Assembly (NCBI GenBank): GCA_937893225.1 | Contig: CALBJM010000331.1 | Location: forward strand, 3,346-67,345 | Length of the DNA stretch: 64,000 nt | From: an uncultured Erysipelotrichaceae bacterium | GTDB taxonomy: Bacteria; Bacillota_I; Bacilli_A; Erysipelotrichales; Erysipelotrichaceae | Direction: 5' to 3' | Shown: piece after piece, positions 1 through 9,872 of the stretch | Position numbering within the stretch: position 1 is the first letter of the stretch | Layout of the letters: every line of letters begins with the position of its first letter | The notes under the pieces: generated by a model | What the model was told of the DNA's origin: nothing | The model's database searches: none | What the model saw: the letters and a program-made list of their open reading frames with translations, nothing else | Translations under genes and position numbers: made by a program

Positions 1-10
1 ATACAAATGT

Positions 11-490
11 GTGGGTTTTGAAAGACTTGCCTTTAGCGGTTTTGATTTGTTTATAGATGATTACAATGATAGTGATAATTTGTTTGCATCAGGGTGTATC
101 ATATTCTATAAAAAAGAGGATCTATTTCATTTTGTTTTGTTAGATAGGTTAGGGATTTGTATTAATGCCACAATAATACAATATATTTTAAAAGATATTG
201 TTGAAAAAAATACTTTAGATATTAAAAATTTATACATATATGGTTTCAATAAAGAAGAAGATAGATATCTTACAAATGAATGTGTAGATATTGAACCTTT
301 TTATATATTATACGAAAGGTTGTCTGATGGAAACAACATTTATTGTGATTGCGAAAAGTTTTGCATAGGTTTAGAAAGAAATCAATCATTAATTTTTAAT
401 AGTGCAAAAAGTATTTATGAGTTTATAAGAAAAAATAATTTAAAGCATAACATTATTAAAGTTGACAGATTGTTTAAATTGAAAGTATGA
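11..490 (+). CDS. hypothetical protein (probably 5'-truncated by window edge)
   Basis: 159-aa ORF, stop overlaps next start (ATGA). Confidence 0.6.
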   Translation: MGFERLAFSGFDLFIDDYNDSDNLFASGCIIFYKKEDLFHFVLLDRLGICINATIIQYILKDIVEKNTLDIKNLYIYGFNKEEDRYLTNECVDIEPFYILYERLSDGNNIYCDCEKFCIGLERNQSLIFNSAKSIYEFIRKNNLKHNIIKVDRLFKLKV

Positions 491-1596
491 AAATGTTATT
501 AGAAGAGTATATAAAGCAAACATTGTGTAAGTTGTTGTTTGTAGAAGATTGGAATAGCTTTATAAAACGATTTCCTTCTTTATCTGAAGATAATTTAAAA
601 AATATATTATCACAATCAGATCCATCCTATCGAGAAGAAAAACAAGGTGTTTGCTCGGAATCAATTTTAAGGAATTTCACAAAAGGCAATATTACAAAAA
701 ACGATTTGTCTAGGATTAGAGATTGTGTATATTTTGCAAGAGCATTCGATAAAGAGAATTATTTAATAAAGTCAAAAACATTACAAGATTATATAAATAA
801 TGCACAAGATATTTGTAAAAGCATTCCTATCATCGATAATATTGATGATACTAGAGTTAAAATAACACCTGCATTCAACGATAAATATAAAAAATTAAAA
901 CAAAGAGAAACCTCACAGTATTTAAGACTTCGAGATGTTGCAAAAGTATTAAACAACAAAGCTGCTATTGTTTATGAGACAAGCAGGTATTTAATATTAA
1001 AAATTGAAAAATTTGAGACAGAAAAGTTATTTAACCACACTTCGTGGTGTATCAAAAAAGAAGATGTGTGGAAAGCACACACTTTAAATAAATTTCCTGT
1101 TTATACGATATTTGATAAAACAAATTATGATAGTTTTCAATTCGCACCATTTTCATTAAGTTTTGCTGAATTTGATAATCATTTGATTGATGATGCAGAT
1201 TACTGTAATTTTAATGAAATTAAAAGTTTTATTTCGAATGTTTTAATTGAACAAAAGAATAAAAAACATTCATTTTCCATGAACGGAAGTTGTTCCCAAA
1301 TCATTTTAAAATATTTTATGAACAGTAATTTATATCAATATATAGATTATGAAGAGATAAAACAGTGTGTTTCAAATAAAGCTTTAAAAGGTAAATTGAT
1401 AGTTTCATACATTTATCTTTCTGGAAATGCCTATGATGCTTTAACTTTGATAAAAGATACAAATTATGAAGCTTTGGAAACTTTACCTGAACATATGTTT
1501 AATGTAATAAAACAAGCTTTACAAAATAAACAATTGTTGATAGATTATGGATTGGCTGATTTAGATATTAATAAAATATACGATCATGTCAAATAG
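487..1596 (+). CDS. hypothetical phage protein (internal WCI motif)
   Basis: 369-aa ORF coupled to upstream gene. Confidence 0.7.
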   Translation: MKMLLEEYIKQTLCKLLFVEDWNSFIKRFPSLSEDNLKNILSQSDPSYREEKQGVCSESILRNFTKGNITKNDLSRIRDCVYFARAFDKENYLIKSKTLQDYINNAQDICKSIPIIDNIDDTRVKITPAFNDKYKKLKQRETSQYLRLRDVAKVLNNKAAIVYETSRYLILKIEKFETEKLFNHTSWCIKKEDVWKAHTLNKFPVYTIFDKTNYDSFQFAPFSLSFAEFDNHLIDDADYCNFNEIKSFISNVLIEQKNKKHSFSMNGSCSQIILKYFMNSNLYQYIDYEEIKQCVSNKALKGKLIVSYIYLSGNAYDALTLIKDTNYEALETLPEHMFNVIKQALQNKQLLIDYGLADLDINKIYDHVK

Positions 1597-1603
1597 GTGA
1601 TTC

Positions 1604-2158
1604 ATGAAATTTGCTAATTTAAATTATTTAGGTGCAACATACTTAACTGAAGATAAAATAGAAAGAGTTTATTTTTATAAAGTATGTGAAACATTAATGC
1701 CAATATCGTTAAACTTCATCGATTTCATGAAGATCTTTTATATCGATTCCAAATGTGACATTAACACTTGTCTTTCAAATATTTATTGTTTTGATTTGAA
1801 TGATATAGAAAGTAACAATATTCATGTAAGCAATGAGATTTATATGAATAAAAGTTTTGTGAATTATTCACGACCTGTTGAAAACGTTTGTTTCTTTTAT
1901 TATAAAAAGAAACGTTATTTACAAATGCAAAACATTCTATCTTGGCAAAAGTCAGATGAGTTTAAGATAACAATTTCATCAGTTAGAAAAGTAAATCAAT
2001 TTGAAGATATCTACCTAATTGCTGTTGTTGGTCAATTTAAACACTATATCAGTGTGAATTCAATTGAGTATAATAAAAATGTGTACGGTTTGCCAGAATA
2101 TTGTATATTAAAAAATCTAAAGTACAATAATATTCTAAAGAAATATGTTGAAGCTTGA
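1604..2158 (+). CDS. hypothetical protein
   Basis: 184-aa ORF, AGGTG SD. Confidence 0.65.
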   Translation: MKFANLNYLGATYLTEDKIERVYFYKVCETLMPISLNFIDFMKIFYIDSKCDINTCLSNIYCFDLNDIESNNIHVSNEIYMNKSFVNYSRPVENVCFFYYKKKRYLQMQNILSWQKSDEFKITISSVRKVNQFEDIYLIAVVGQFKHYISVNSIEYNKNVYGLPEYCILKNLKYNNILKKYVEA

Positions 2159-2183
2159 CAATTGTTGTTTTTTGATTTAATAT
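2155..2183 (+). promoter_or_regulatory. sigma70-type promoter
   Basis: TTGACA-N17-TAATAT. Confidence 0.7.
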
Positions 2184-2211
2184 ATCAACATAAGTTAATG
2201 AGGACTTCTAA

Positions 2212-2559
2212 ATGCTACACCTGTTCAAAAAACTTCTTTCAAATAAACCTATTTATATAAAAAAGAAAAAGAATACAATTATATATTCCGTCAATCATAA
2301 GTTCATCACAAATGACTGGTTGTCTTTTCATATTTTAGGCCTAAAGAAAATAAACAACTATAAAGTTGTTGCCGTTATCAGAAACATGCTATCTTGTGAT
2401 ATCTATGAAGTTGACGTCTATGAACTAAATATGTTTTATCAAAAGTTTGATAAATTTAACCTTTTGTTTAAAGGTCAGTTGGATATCTATAGTAAGAAAT
2501 TGCATGATAGAAAAATCCCAATGATCGAATATAAAAATTATGAAACCATCTTTGTGTAA
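2212..2559 (+). CDS. hypothetical protein
   Basis: 115-aa ORF, GAGG SD. Confidence 0.6.
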   Translation: MLHLFKKLLSNKPIYIKKKKNTIIYSVNHKFITNDWLSFHILGLKKINNYKVVAVIRNMLSCDIYEVDVYELNMFYQKFDKFNLLFKGQLDIYSKKLHDRKIPMIEYKNYETIFV

Positions 2560-2571
2560 AAGGAAAACAAA

Positions 2572-2793
2572 ATGTCTGAAGAAAATATCAACGATTTCTT
2601 TGTAAAATATATTAATGAAAGTAAATCGAATCAAAATACTACATTTCCACAAAATGTAGGTAATACTATAATTTGTCCTAAATGTCATCATGATACTGGA
2701 ATCCCTATGTTGTCAGGTGAAGTGGTCTATGCAGATAAACGTTGCCCGTTTTGCGGAGAAATTATCGTGCATTCTATGAATATTATGTGTTGA
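2572..2793 (+). CDS. small zinc-ribbon protein
   Basis: CPKC...CPFC; similar architecture to 53732..53953. Confidence 0.65.
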   Translation: MSEENINDFFVKYINESKSNQNTTFPQNVGNTIICPKCHHDTGIPMLSGEVVYADKRCPFCGEIIVHSMNIMC

Positions 2794-2800
2794 GGTTTTA

Positions 2801-3187
2801 ATGAAGTATAGCTATTTAGCATGTACAAACGTAAACGATTGTATAAATAAGTTTACTTTTTTAAAAACATCAAAAAAGATTAATAGCAAAGCTATTGTAA
2901 AAACAGTCAATGAGTTTATGAATCTATGTGCATTAGAGTTACAACAGAATAATGTAATTGCAATTCATGGTTATTACACTAAAAAGTCACATGTTACTTT
3001 TCACCCAATAGATAATACAAAAATTTATTCTGAAAGACCTATGACAGTTATGGTTGGTTGGAAAACTTTGCGTGATAAATTCAAAAGAATATTTGGTAAA
3101 GATGTAGAAATATCCCATAAAAAACATTGTTTATATATCATTGTTCAAAATACTAATATTGGAAGTAGTTTATTAAAAGACATTTAA
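2801..3187 (+). CDS. hypothetical protein with C-terminal GxxxLxxI tag
   Basis: ends NIGSSLLKDI. Confidence 0.7.
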   Translation: MKYSYLACTNVNDCINKFTFLKTSKKINSKAIVKTVNEFMNLCALELQQNNVIAIHGYYTKKSHVTFHPIDNTKIYSERPMTVMVGWKTLRDKFKRIFGKDVEISHKKHCLYIIVQNTNIGSSLLKDI

Positions 3188-3204
3188 ATAGCGTTGAGGT
3201 TTTA

Positions 3205-3411
3205 ATGAATTGGAAAGATGCTAAAGACCTATTTATGGTGGCACTTATTGTGTTGGTTGCAAGTTGTTTTACATCTCAGTGCGCTTACGAACTTGGTAAA
3301 GATTATGCTAAAACTGAAGTTGCCAAAGAACTGTGCTCAAAAACTGAATACGATTTCTGTGTAAAAGTCCCACAGAGATCTATATATACTCTTAAAAATG
3401 ATATTGACTAA
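3205..3411 (+). CDS. small membrane protein, paralog of 58089..58283
   Basis: N-terminal hydrophobic helix; ELCSKTEYDFCVK vs ALCQKQHYDFCVK. Confidence 0.65.
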   Translation: MNWKDAKDLFMVALIVLVASCFTSQCAYELGKDYAKTEVAKELCSKTEYDFCVKVPQRSIYTLKNDID

Positions 3412-4974
3412 ATGAAAGAAAACAAACAATATGCTACAAAACCATGAAGAATTAAAAGAAGACTTCGATGAAGTTCCTGTAAATGAAAATCAAAATTGTT
3501 ATCCAGATGAAGATTGTTTGGAAATCTTAAAGAAATATGAAGGTTGAATGTCGTGTAAATATAACTTCTTAATTTAAAATGGTTGTTTAAAAATAATAAT
3601 CTTTTGTTTTGTGTAATAAAATATGAATCAAAAAAAGATCTCTGTTCCTAATAGTTCAGAGGTCTTTGTCGTAATTGTGTAAATTTCTGTGTATTGTATT
3701 GTTGTATTTTTATGTATGGAAATGTGTAATGTTGCATATTAATCCTATTCCTGATATATAATATTGTTTAGTTGTTTTTTCTGAATTAAGCTATCTTGTG
3801 TCATTATTTATTAGTATTTTAATTTATTAAATTGTTTTATCCTTTGTTTATATGACATGTGAAAAGATGATCAATATAGAAGATATGTGTATGTTATATG
3901 ATGGTGTCGGTGTATTAGTTGTAATGTTGTATGATGTAATGTAATCTAATGTAATGTGGTATTAAAGAAATGAGAAAAGTGTTAAGGTCTGCGAAAGTTT
4001 GTAATGATATAACTGAAACAATAAAAGTTTTTGTATTGTTATAAAAAGAATAATTGTGGTGTGACTGTTCGTTGAAAGATTTATTTAGGTGAAAATAGAT
4101 AATAGTTCATATGAACTAAACTATCTTGAATTGATAATCGTTTGGTTAGACGGTTTGTTGTGAATGTAAGATATATATATAATGAAAATATAGTTCATGC
4201 CTAGATAAAAAAGGTTTAGTCACTCATAAGAAGTTGGTTATATAATGAAAAATAAGTACATAGGTGTTACAAAAATATCAGAAGTAAAATTTAAACTGTT
4301 GATAAATGTTTTTGCAAAGAATTCACAACATTACAAATAGTAGAATTATTATATATAAATCGCAATATAGCCAATCTGTGGATAAACAAAATAAGAGACA
4401 GTATGTTTTTGTTGGTAGAATAATAAAAATACATATTGTGTTCAAATAAATGAAACATACCTTGCAAAATCAATAGAACCCCTTTTATAAATACCTTTCC
4501 CTATATGAAGAAATTATTGTTTTCTGTATATTCAATGAACACAAAAAAGCGTATGCTTTAACCATTGATAAATCTAGTAAAATTAAGACTCTTCCGATAA
4601 TTAGAGATTGTTGTGCTAAAATGCAGCCATCTTTACAATTGACACAGCGTTATATAATGGTTTAACAAAATTAAAATGATAACAGCACCCAGTTAATCTC
4701 ATTTAAAAAAGTTCCCAAAACAATATGATGCTATGCGCTTTACCTCTAATAAATTTGAAGGTTCTGGAAGTTGAATGAAAGCTAGTTTATGTAAATTTAA
4801 AGATGTCAATTGAGATAGTTTACACCATATATCACTGTACCTGTGTCTGTGCCTGTGTCTGTTTGGGGATTTATCATATACGTGATGATACTTATCTGTT
4901 ATTATTAGCTTGTTTTAGAACGAATATTCTTTAATCATTTAGATATGCTACCAAAATACGAGGTATTGTGCGTG

Positions 4975-5002
4975 TTGTGGATTGTGGATTGTGGATTGTG
5001 GA
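4975..5002. repeat. tandem heptamer (TTGTGGA)x4
   Basis: read directly. Confidence 0.9.
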
Positions 5003-5088
5003 CTAAAGTTATGGTAATGCATGAAAAAGGAGAATTGTGAAGAGTATAGTGTATTGTTTCTCTACCGCTTTTTCAGGTATATATAAGG

Positions 5089-5305
5089 TATCGAAAGGGA
5101 ATAGAGCAATAGGAAACGGCAAGCGGGGCGCAAGTCCTGATATACCGAAAGCCTTAATTATCATATAGCAATATATGACATATCAGGGTAATCAGTATAA
5201 AGGCTTGTTAAGTAGTGGAAACATAAAAACCCGCTTGCCGTCAAAATTCCTTGTTGACAACTGTTTATCTTTTTGATAATATATAATTATCGAAAGGGAA
5301 TAGAG
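5089..5305 (+). repeat. 18-bp direct repeat TATCGAAAGGGAATAGAG (5089-5106, 5288-5305)
   Basis: exact copies 199 bp apart, each shortly preceded by ATATAA. Confidence 0.85.
5254..5282 (+). promoter_or_regulatory. sigma70-type promoter for structured leader and early gene cluster
   Basis: TTGACA-N17-TAATAT. Confidence 0.7.
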
Positions 5306-6085
5306 GAAAGCAAGGGATTTAAGGTATCAGTCAATAGATACCTACCATAATAGATAAAGCTTTTATTAAGCATTGTTTAACGTATAGGACAGTGTTTAAT
5401 AAAAGCTTTATTTGTTAAGGTATAGTATCCGATACTTGATAAGTTGTTAAGCTGTTATATTGCTTGTTAATAAAGAGTGGTATAACAGGTTAATGTCCTT
5501 TAATCAGTTATCATAAAGCGGTATAGCGAAGTGATGACAAAAAGGATTAAGGGGCTATCGGGTTCACGTGTGAAAAAGAAAGCACGGCGGAACTATACAC
5601 AGAATAAATAAAGTGAATATAGGTCGTTTCGATTTTGTTGAGTTTAGAAACGACTAAATTCCTTAATCTTAAAATCAATTAAGGTTAAGGTTTCTTCATA
5701 CTGTACTAAACAAAATACAGTATGAAAAGTATTAAGGCGTTTTTATAGTTAAATAGAAATGCCTTGATAGATAATAACTCAACAGGTTGAAAAACCTTTA
5801 ATGAAAATAGATGCATTTAGAAATAATTGCTTCTGTCGTTAAAGGTGAAAAAGCAGTTCGATGAACCGATTGACAAAAAGTTTCACGACTGCGAAAAGTC
5901 CTATCAGAATGATTTGGATTTGTCCAGTTCTGATTTGGTTTTGAACTCACTCCTGCTTTAAAGGTATGTGTGAAGTAGGCTGTGGAACAAAACTAAATAG
6001 AATTAGATTACTCTAAATCATTTTGATATTTTTAAGAACAAAATGGAATAAACTAAAATAGAATGAAATGGTTTATTCCAGATTA
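5289..6085 (+). ncRNA. candidate large structured RNA or 5' leader
   Basis: about 800 nt without a long ORF, more than 10 consecutive stems, G-U pairs favour + strand. Confidence 0.55.
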
Positions 6086-6098
6086 AGGAGAATGAAAG

Positions 6099-6284
6099 AT
6101 GTTTAAGAAAATTTTAAACTTTATGAACGACGATATGGTATTTTACTATGACCGGTCGTACCCTATTGAAAAGGGGTACACTGAAAACGAGAAAGTTTTG
6201 TGCACCAAATGGCGTGCACGTCGTCGTTTAGTTGCTGACTGGTGGCGTCTCTGCTATCGTCAGGGATTGTCAAAATACTTCTGA
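6099..6284 (+). CDS. hypothetical protein
   Basis: AAGGAG SD, 61 aa. Confidence 0.6.
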   Translation: MFKKILNFMNDDMVFYYDRSYPIEKGYTENEKVLCTKWRARRRLVADWWRLCYRQGLSKYF

Positions 6285-6303
6285 CACAAAAAGGAGGGGT
6301 GAA

Positions 6304-6543
6304 ATGATTTACGGGTTTCTCTTGATTGCCGTAGTGTTATTCACTACGGCATACGTTTGTTTCTGTATGGTGAATGAATTCATTCAAAAACCGTACAGAA
6401 AGGAAAATTCTGAACGAGTCTTGATGAAAAAGGATTTTGTTCAGGGAAGAAAACAAATTCGTCCGGAATTGGTAGCATTGGCAAAAAAGCTGTCAATTGA
6501 AGATGAAATTGTAGATAACTACTATAAAAGGAGTATAAAATGA
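6304..6543 (+). CDS. small membrane-anchored protein
   Basis: AGGAGG SD, N-terminal TM helix. Confidence 0.65.
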   Translation: MIYGFLLIAVVLFTTAYVCFCMVNEFIQKPYRKENSERVLMKKDFVQGRKQIRPELVALAKKLSIEDEIVDNYYKRSIK

Positions 6544-6761
6544 GTAGTTTTATTGAGATAAAAAGTGGCCTTGTCAGAAAAAAAGATATTTCTGGTTTAA
6601 CAAGGATAAACGAAAAAATCCCTTTGCACGGGGAATATTATGGAATCGAAGTGCATCTCCCAAGCACAAAAGTTTATTTGGGATTTGACTCTAAATCCGA
6701 ACGAGATTCAGAGTTTAACAGAATTGCAGACGAACTTAAAAGAGAGGAGGGCGAATTATGA
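6540..6761 (+). CDS. hypothetical protein
   Basis: AGGAG SD, ATGA overlap. Confidence 0.65.
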   Translation: MSSFIEIKSGLVRKKDISGLTRINEKIPLHGEYYGIEVHLPSTKVYLGFDSKSERDSEFNRIADELKREEGEL

Positions 6762-6994
6762 AACCAGAAGCAAAATTATTCTTGCGGGCAAGAAATCCGA
6801 AAATGAAATTAAACAAATGGTGGAAAAAGCTTCTGAAAGAATGTCCCTTTATGGGGTATGAACATGGAAGCATGAAATACCTTTCCATAATGGGAAAAGA
6901 CACGGGGGTCAAAATAAATTCCCCAAGGTTAATTAAAAAGAACCTTATCAAACGAAATATAGTAGGCGAAAATGGACAGCCCTATAATCATTGA
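6758..6994 (+). CDS. hypothetical basic protein
   Basis: GGAGG SD, ATGA overlap. Confidence 0.6.
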   Translation: MKPEAKLFLRARNPKMKLNKWWKKLLKECPFMGYEHGSMKYLSIMGKDTGVKINSPRLIKKNLIKRNIVGENGQPYNH

Positions 6995-7220
6995 CGTTGA
7001 ATGGGAAGAAATATCCCGTTCAACGGAAGTTGTTATTGAACCTAAAAGAATGGTTCAGAAACAAAAGAGGAACAAAGTGGATAAAGTGATATCCACTTTG
7101 TTTTATTCAGAAATCGCTTTCATCGTCTTGCGGTTCATGTATGGGTGTTACACAAATTACGTGTTCTGGTCGGCACATGATGGCATCACCTTACACAAGG
7201 TGATTTTTGGAATGCCTTAA
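6972..7220 (+). CDS. small membrane protein
   Basis: 82 aa, hydrophobic segment. Confidence 0.55.
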   Translation: MDSPIIIDVEWEEISRSTEVVIEPKRMVQKQKRNKVDKVISTLFYSEIAFIVLRFMYGCYTNYVFWSAHDGITLHKVIFGMP

Positions 7221-7232
7221 AGGAGAACGACA

Positions 7233-7454
7233 ATGAAGAGAATGAAAAGAGAGTTTTGCAGAGCTTCGAAAATCGACGCTGTCAATGATGTGTTGAAAGG
7301 GCGCTACGCCATTTACAAAACACGTCAAGGGTTGGAAATTGTCTTTCACGACAGTTACCGACCTGATATTTTGACTGACATCGAACGTCAGATTGAAAAG
7401 AACCCACGCGGAACGTGGTATTGCGAAAAAAATGCCTTTCTCAAAGGGCATTAA
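7233..7454 (+). CDS. hypothetical protein
   Basis: AGGAG SD. Confidence 0.65.
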   Translation: MKRMKREFCRASKIDAVNDVLKGRYAIYKTRQGLEIVFHDSYRPDILTDIERQIEKNPRGTWYCEKNAFLKGH

Positions 7455-7527
7455 GTGACATTATCAAGAAGACATCTGAAATATGATGTCTTCCTATAAT
7501 TTCACTTGACAAGAAAGGAGTAAGACA

Positions 7528-7698
7528 ATGAAAAAACAATTTCATAGATTACTTTTGACAAAACGTCAAATGGAACATCAAGCTAAAGCATATGCTGAAC
7601 AGTTTGGTGAAGATTATCAGGAAGCTTTTGACGAGATGATGGAAGCTTGTCGAAAGTATAACAAGTTTATTCTAGAAGGGAGTAAATATAATGAATGA
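7528..7698 (+). CDS. small hypothetical protein (56 aa, not in ORF track)
   Basis: AAGGAG SD, MKKQFHRLLL... Confidence 0.55.
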   Translation: MKKQFHRLLLTKRQMEHQAKAYAEQFGEDYQEAFDEMMEACRKYNKFILEGSKYNE

Positions 7699-7861
7699 AG
7701 AAAGAATTTGGAGTCGTCTGAAACCGATTTCATATGTTGTCATGTTAATCGGTTTTGCCCCGGCTATGACGACAGCTTTTGGTGACACGTATTTGACTTT
7801 TGTTGATTACGTGTCGGCGTTCAGTGGGTTCTTCGGGGCTTGCTTTATTAACGAATTGTAA
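7691..7861 (+). CDS. small hydrophobic protein (56 aa, not in ORF track)
   Basis: GGGAG SD; ends FFGACFINEL, a borderline tag match. Confidence 0.5.
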   Translation: MNEERIWSRLKPISYVVMLIGFAPAMTTAFGDTYLTFVDYVSAFSGFFGACFINEL

Positions 7862-7872
7862 AGGAGTTCATC

Positions 7873-8397
7873 ATGTCTGAATTGGAACAGTACAAAAATA
7901 AAAACGGTGACCTGACTGTAAAAGGGTCGTTGTTTCAAGCCAAAACAGATCTTCAAGAAGTCAGAAAAGACTTGTTGTTATGTCGAGGTATAGGCGACAT
8001 AGCGACCATATTTAAGGAACGTTTTACAGAAGCGAAGAAGCTTTTGTCAGAAATCGAAGAAGAGGTTGAGTTGTCATTACGTATAATAGAGTGGCAACAA
8101 AACCTCGAAAGCAAGCACTTTGTCCATATTGTAACGAGCCTTGGTGGTAACAGTGTGTCCGCTCGCGACAAATTGTTGCAAGACGAAGTGCTTAAACATT
8201 GCGAAAATATGAAAGGAAATGCATCAAAAATAGTGTGTTTCTTTAAAGATTTAGCAGCACATTCTGATATGGTGAGTGTGAAGTTGCAAGCAGAAGCCCT
8301 TGCGCTTATCATTGAAAGACAGTTGAAATATTTGGACACTGTCCGCAATGATAAAGAATTCGCACAAGAAGCTGTCGTGGAAATTGAATTCTGTTAA
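7873..8397 (+). CDS. hypothetical helical protein
   Basis: AAGGAG SD, 174 aa. Confidence 0.7.
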   Translation: MSELEQYKNKNGDLTVKGSLFQAKTDLQEVRKDLLLCRGIGDIATIFKERFTEAKKLLSEIEEEVELSLRIIEWQQNLESKHFVHIVTSLGGNSVSARDKLLQDEVLKHCENMKGNASKIVCFFKDLAAHSDMVSVKLQAEALALIIERQLKYLDTVRNDKEFAQEAVVEIEFC

Positions 8398-8412
8398 CAA
8401 AGGAGAACAAAC

Positions 8413-8562
8413 ATGGAACCTAAACATGTTTCGAAAGGTATGAATACCTATTTGGCGGAAATGTTCAACAAGTGGGAAAGTGAAAACACACCTGCGTGGC
8501 AAAACAAAGACATTCGGAAAAGCATTCAGGAATGGCGCGCAAAACACCCTGAACTGAATTGA
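8413..8562 (+). CDS. small hypothetical protein (49 aa, not in ORF track)
   Basis: AAGGAG SD, MEPKHVSKG... Confidence 0.5.
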   Translation: MEPKHVSKGMNTYLAEMFNKWESENTPAWQNKDIRKSIQEWRAKHPELN

Positions 8563-8575
8563 AAGCGAGACAACA

Positions 8576-9277
8576 ATGGACGAAGAGAAACAAAAGAGAG
8601 CGGTGTTTAATGCAAGCAGTATTTCTAAATACCTTAAAGCAAACGGAAAAATGCCGCTTGACATTGGGTTCAACCGTGAAGAGGTAACCGAAAAAGACGC
8701 CGAACTGATCAAAGGTTATACGTTTGACTCGATTACCTTGAACTATACACACATTGAAAAGTTGTCAATGTTGCCGAAAGCGAAGTTTTACAAATTCAAT
8801 CAAGCAATCATTGGTAAGTTTGATGACCTTGCATTGACAGACGATTACAAACGGTGTGTATGGTTTGATAATTGTCCGACGTTAATCCCAAACTTAAAGT
8901 TTCTTCACGATTGGGTCAATGTCGTGTTGATACGTGATACACCAATTTTGAAAGCTGACGGGCTGGAAGACTTGGTGTTGAAATACAACAGAGCAATCAA
9001 TTATAAAAATTGGTTCGGGATTGATTGCTTAATCATTCAACCGGCAACGAAGTCTTTTATGAAATCCGCATTAGAGCATTTACCGAAAGACATCGTTGTT
9101 GATTTGGGTAATCCTGAATATCCGTTCGAAGAAAGAGAATGGGATAAGCAGTACCCATTGCATCATAGATGCGACATTAAAGCAAGAGATTGTGCGACGT
9201 TGAAAAAGAAATTCGAAGCACAATGTGAGCAAATAGCAAATGAAAACAAAGGAGAACGACTTTTAAGGGAGATCTAA
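8576..9277 (+). CDS. hypothetical protein, possibly LRR-like, with C-terminal tag
   Basis: Leu-periodic segments; ends NKGERLLREI. Confidence 0.7.
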   Translation: MDEEKQKRAVFNASSISKYLKANGKMPLDIGFNREEVTEKDAELIKGYTFDSITLNYTHIEKLSMLPKAKFYKFNQAIIGKFDDLALTDDYKRCVWFDNCPTLIPNLKFLHDWVNVVLIRDTPILKADGLEDLVLKYNRAINYKNWFGIDCLIIQPATKSFMKSALEHLPKDIVVDLGNPEYPFEEREWDKQYPLHHRCDIKARDCATLKKKFEAQCEQIANENKGERLLREI

Positions 9278-9440
9278 ATGACATTTGCGCTAATTATAGT
9301 GTTGTTATACCGTTACACTACATTGTCAGGTTTTATGGCAGCAATCTTAACGGTATTGTGTATTAAATTTCCACTGTCATTGGGTGTGTTGTTATTCTTA
9401 ATGCTGTTACCCAAAGACGAACTTTTTGAGGAGAAAAAAG

Positions 9441-9812
9441 ATGAGTAAAGTTGAAACGATCTACGAAGTTGTTACGAGCAGGGTTACGGGTGAAGAAAGG
9501 ACGGTACCGACGTTTGTTCGTAAATTCAAATGTGGCTTTAAAGTCATGACGACGTATTACGAAATGTGGAAAGAAGCGATGACGGTCGTCTATTATAAAG
9601 ACGTTCGTGTCAGCCGTATTCATTCCATGAAAGACGTCAATGAAGAACAGGCAAAAGCGTTCCTTGAAAATTTGCAGGATCTGGATTTGGCGGTTATCAT
9701 TGCGACAGGAAATGTCAAACGCAAAAAGGAAGGTATTCGGACTGGAAACAAAAAACGTTCTGTCAACGCCTACCTTGACAATACAATTGGTCACAAGGCG
9801 TTTGGTAAATAA
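9441..9812 (+). CDS. hypothetical protein
   Basis: GAGGAG SD before ATG 9441. Confidence 0.7.
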   Translation: MSKVETIYEVVTSRVTGEERTVPTFVRKFKCGFKVMTTYYEMWKEAMTVVYYKDVRVSRIHSMKDVNEEQAKAFLENLQDLDLAVIIATGNVKRKKEGIRTGNKKRSVNAYLDNTIGHKAFGK

Positions 9813-9815
9813 TTG

Positions 9816-9844
9816 TTGACAACAGTGTGATGGTTGTGTAGTTT
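9816..9844 (+). promoter_or_regulatory. sigma70-type promoter
   Basis: TTGACA-N17-TAGTTT with extended TG. Confidence 0.6.
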
Positions 9845-9872
9845 TATACAACCATCACAATTGGAGGGTACA

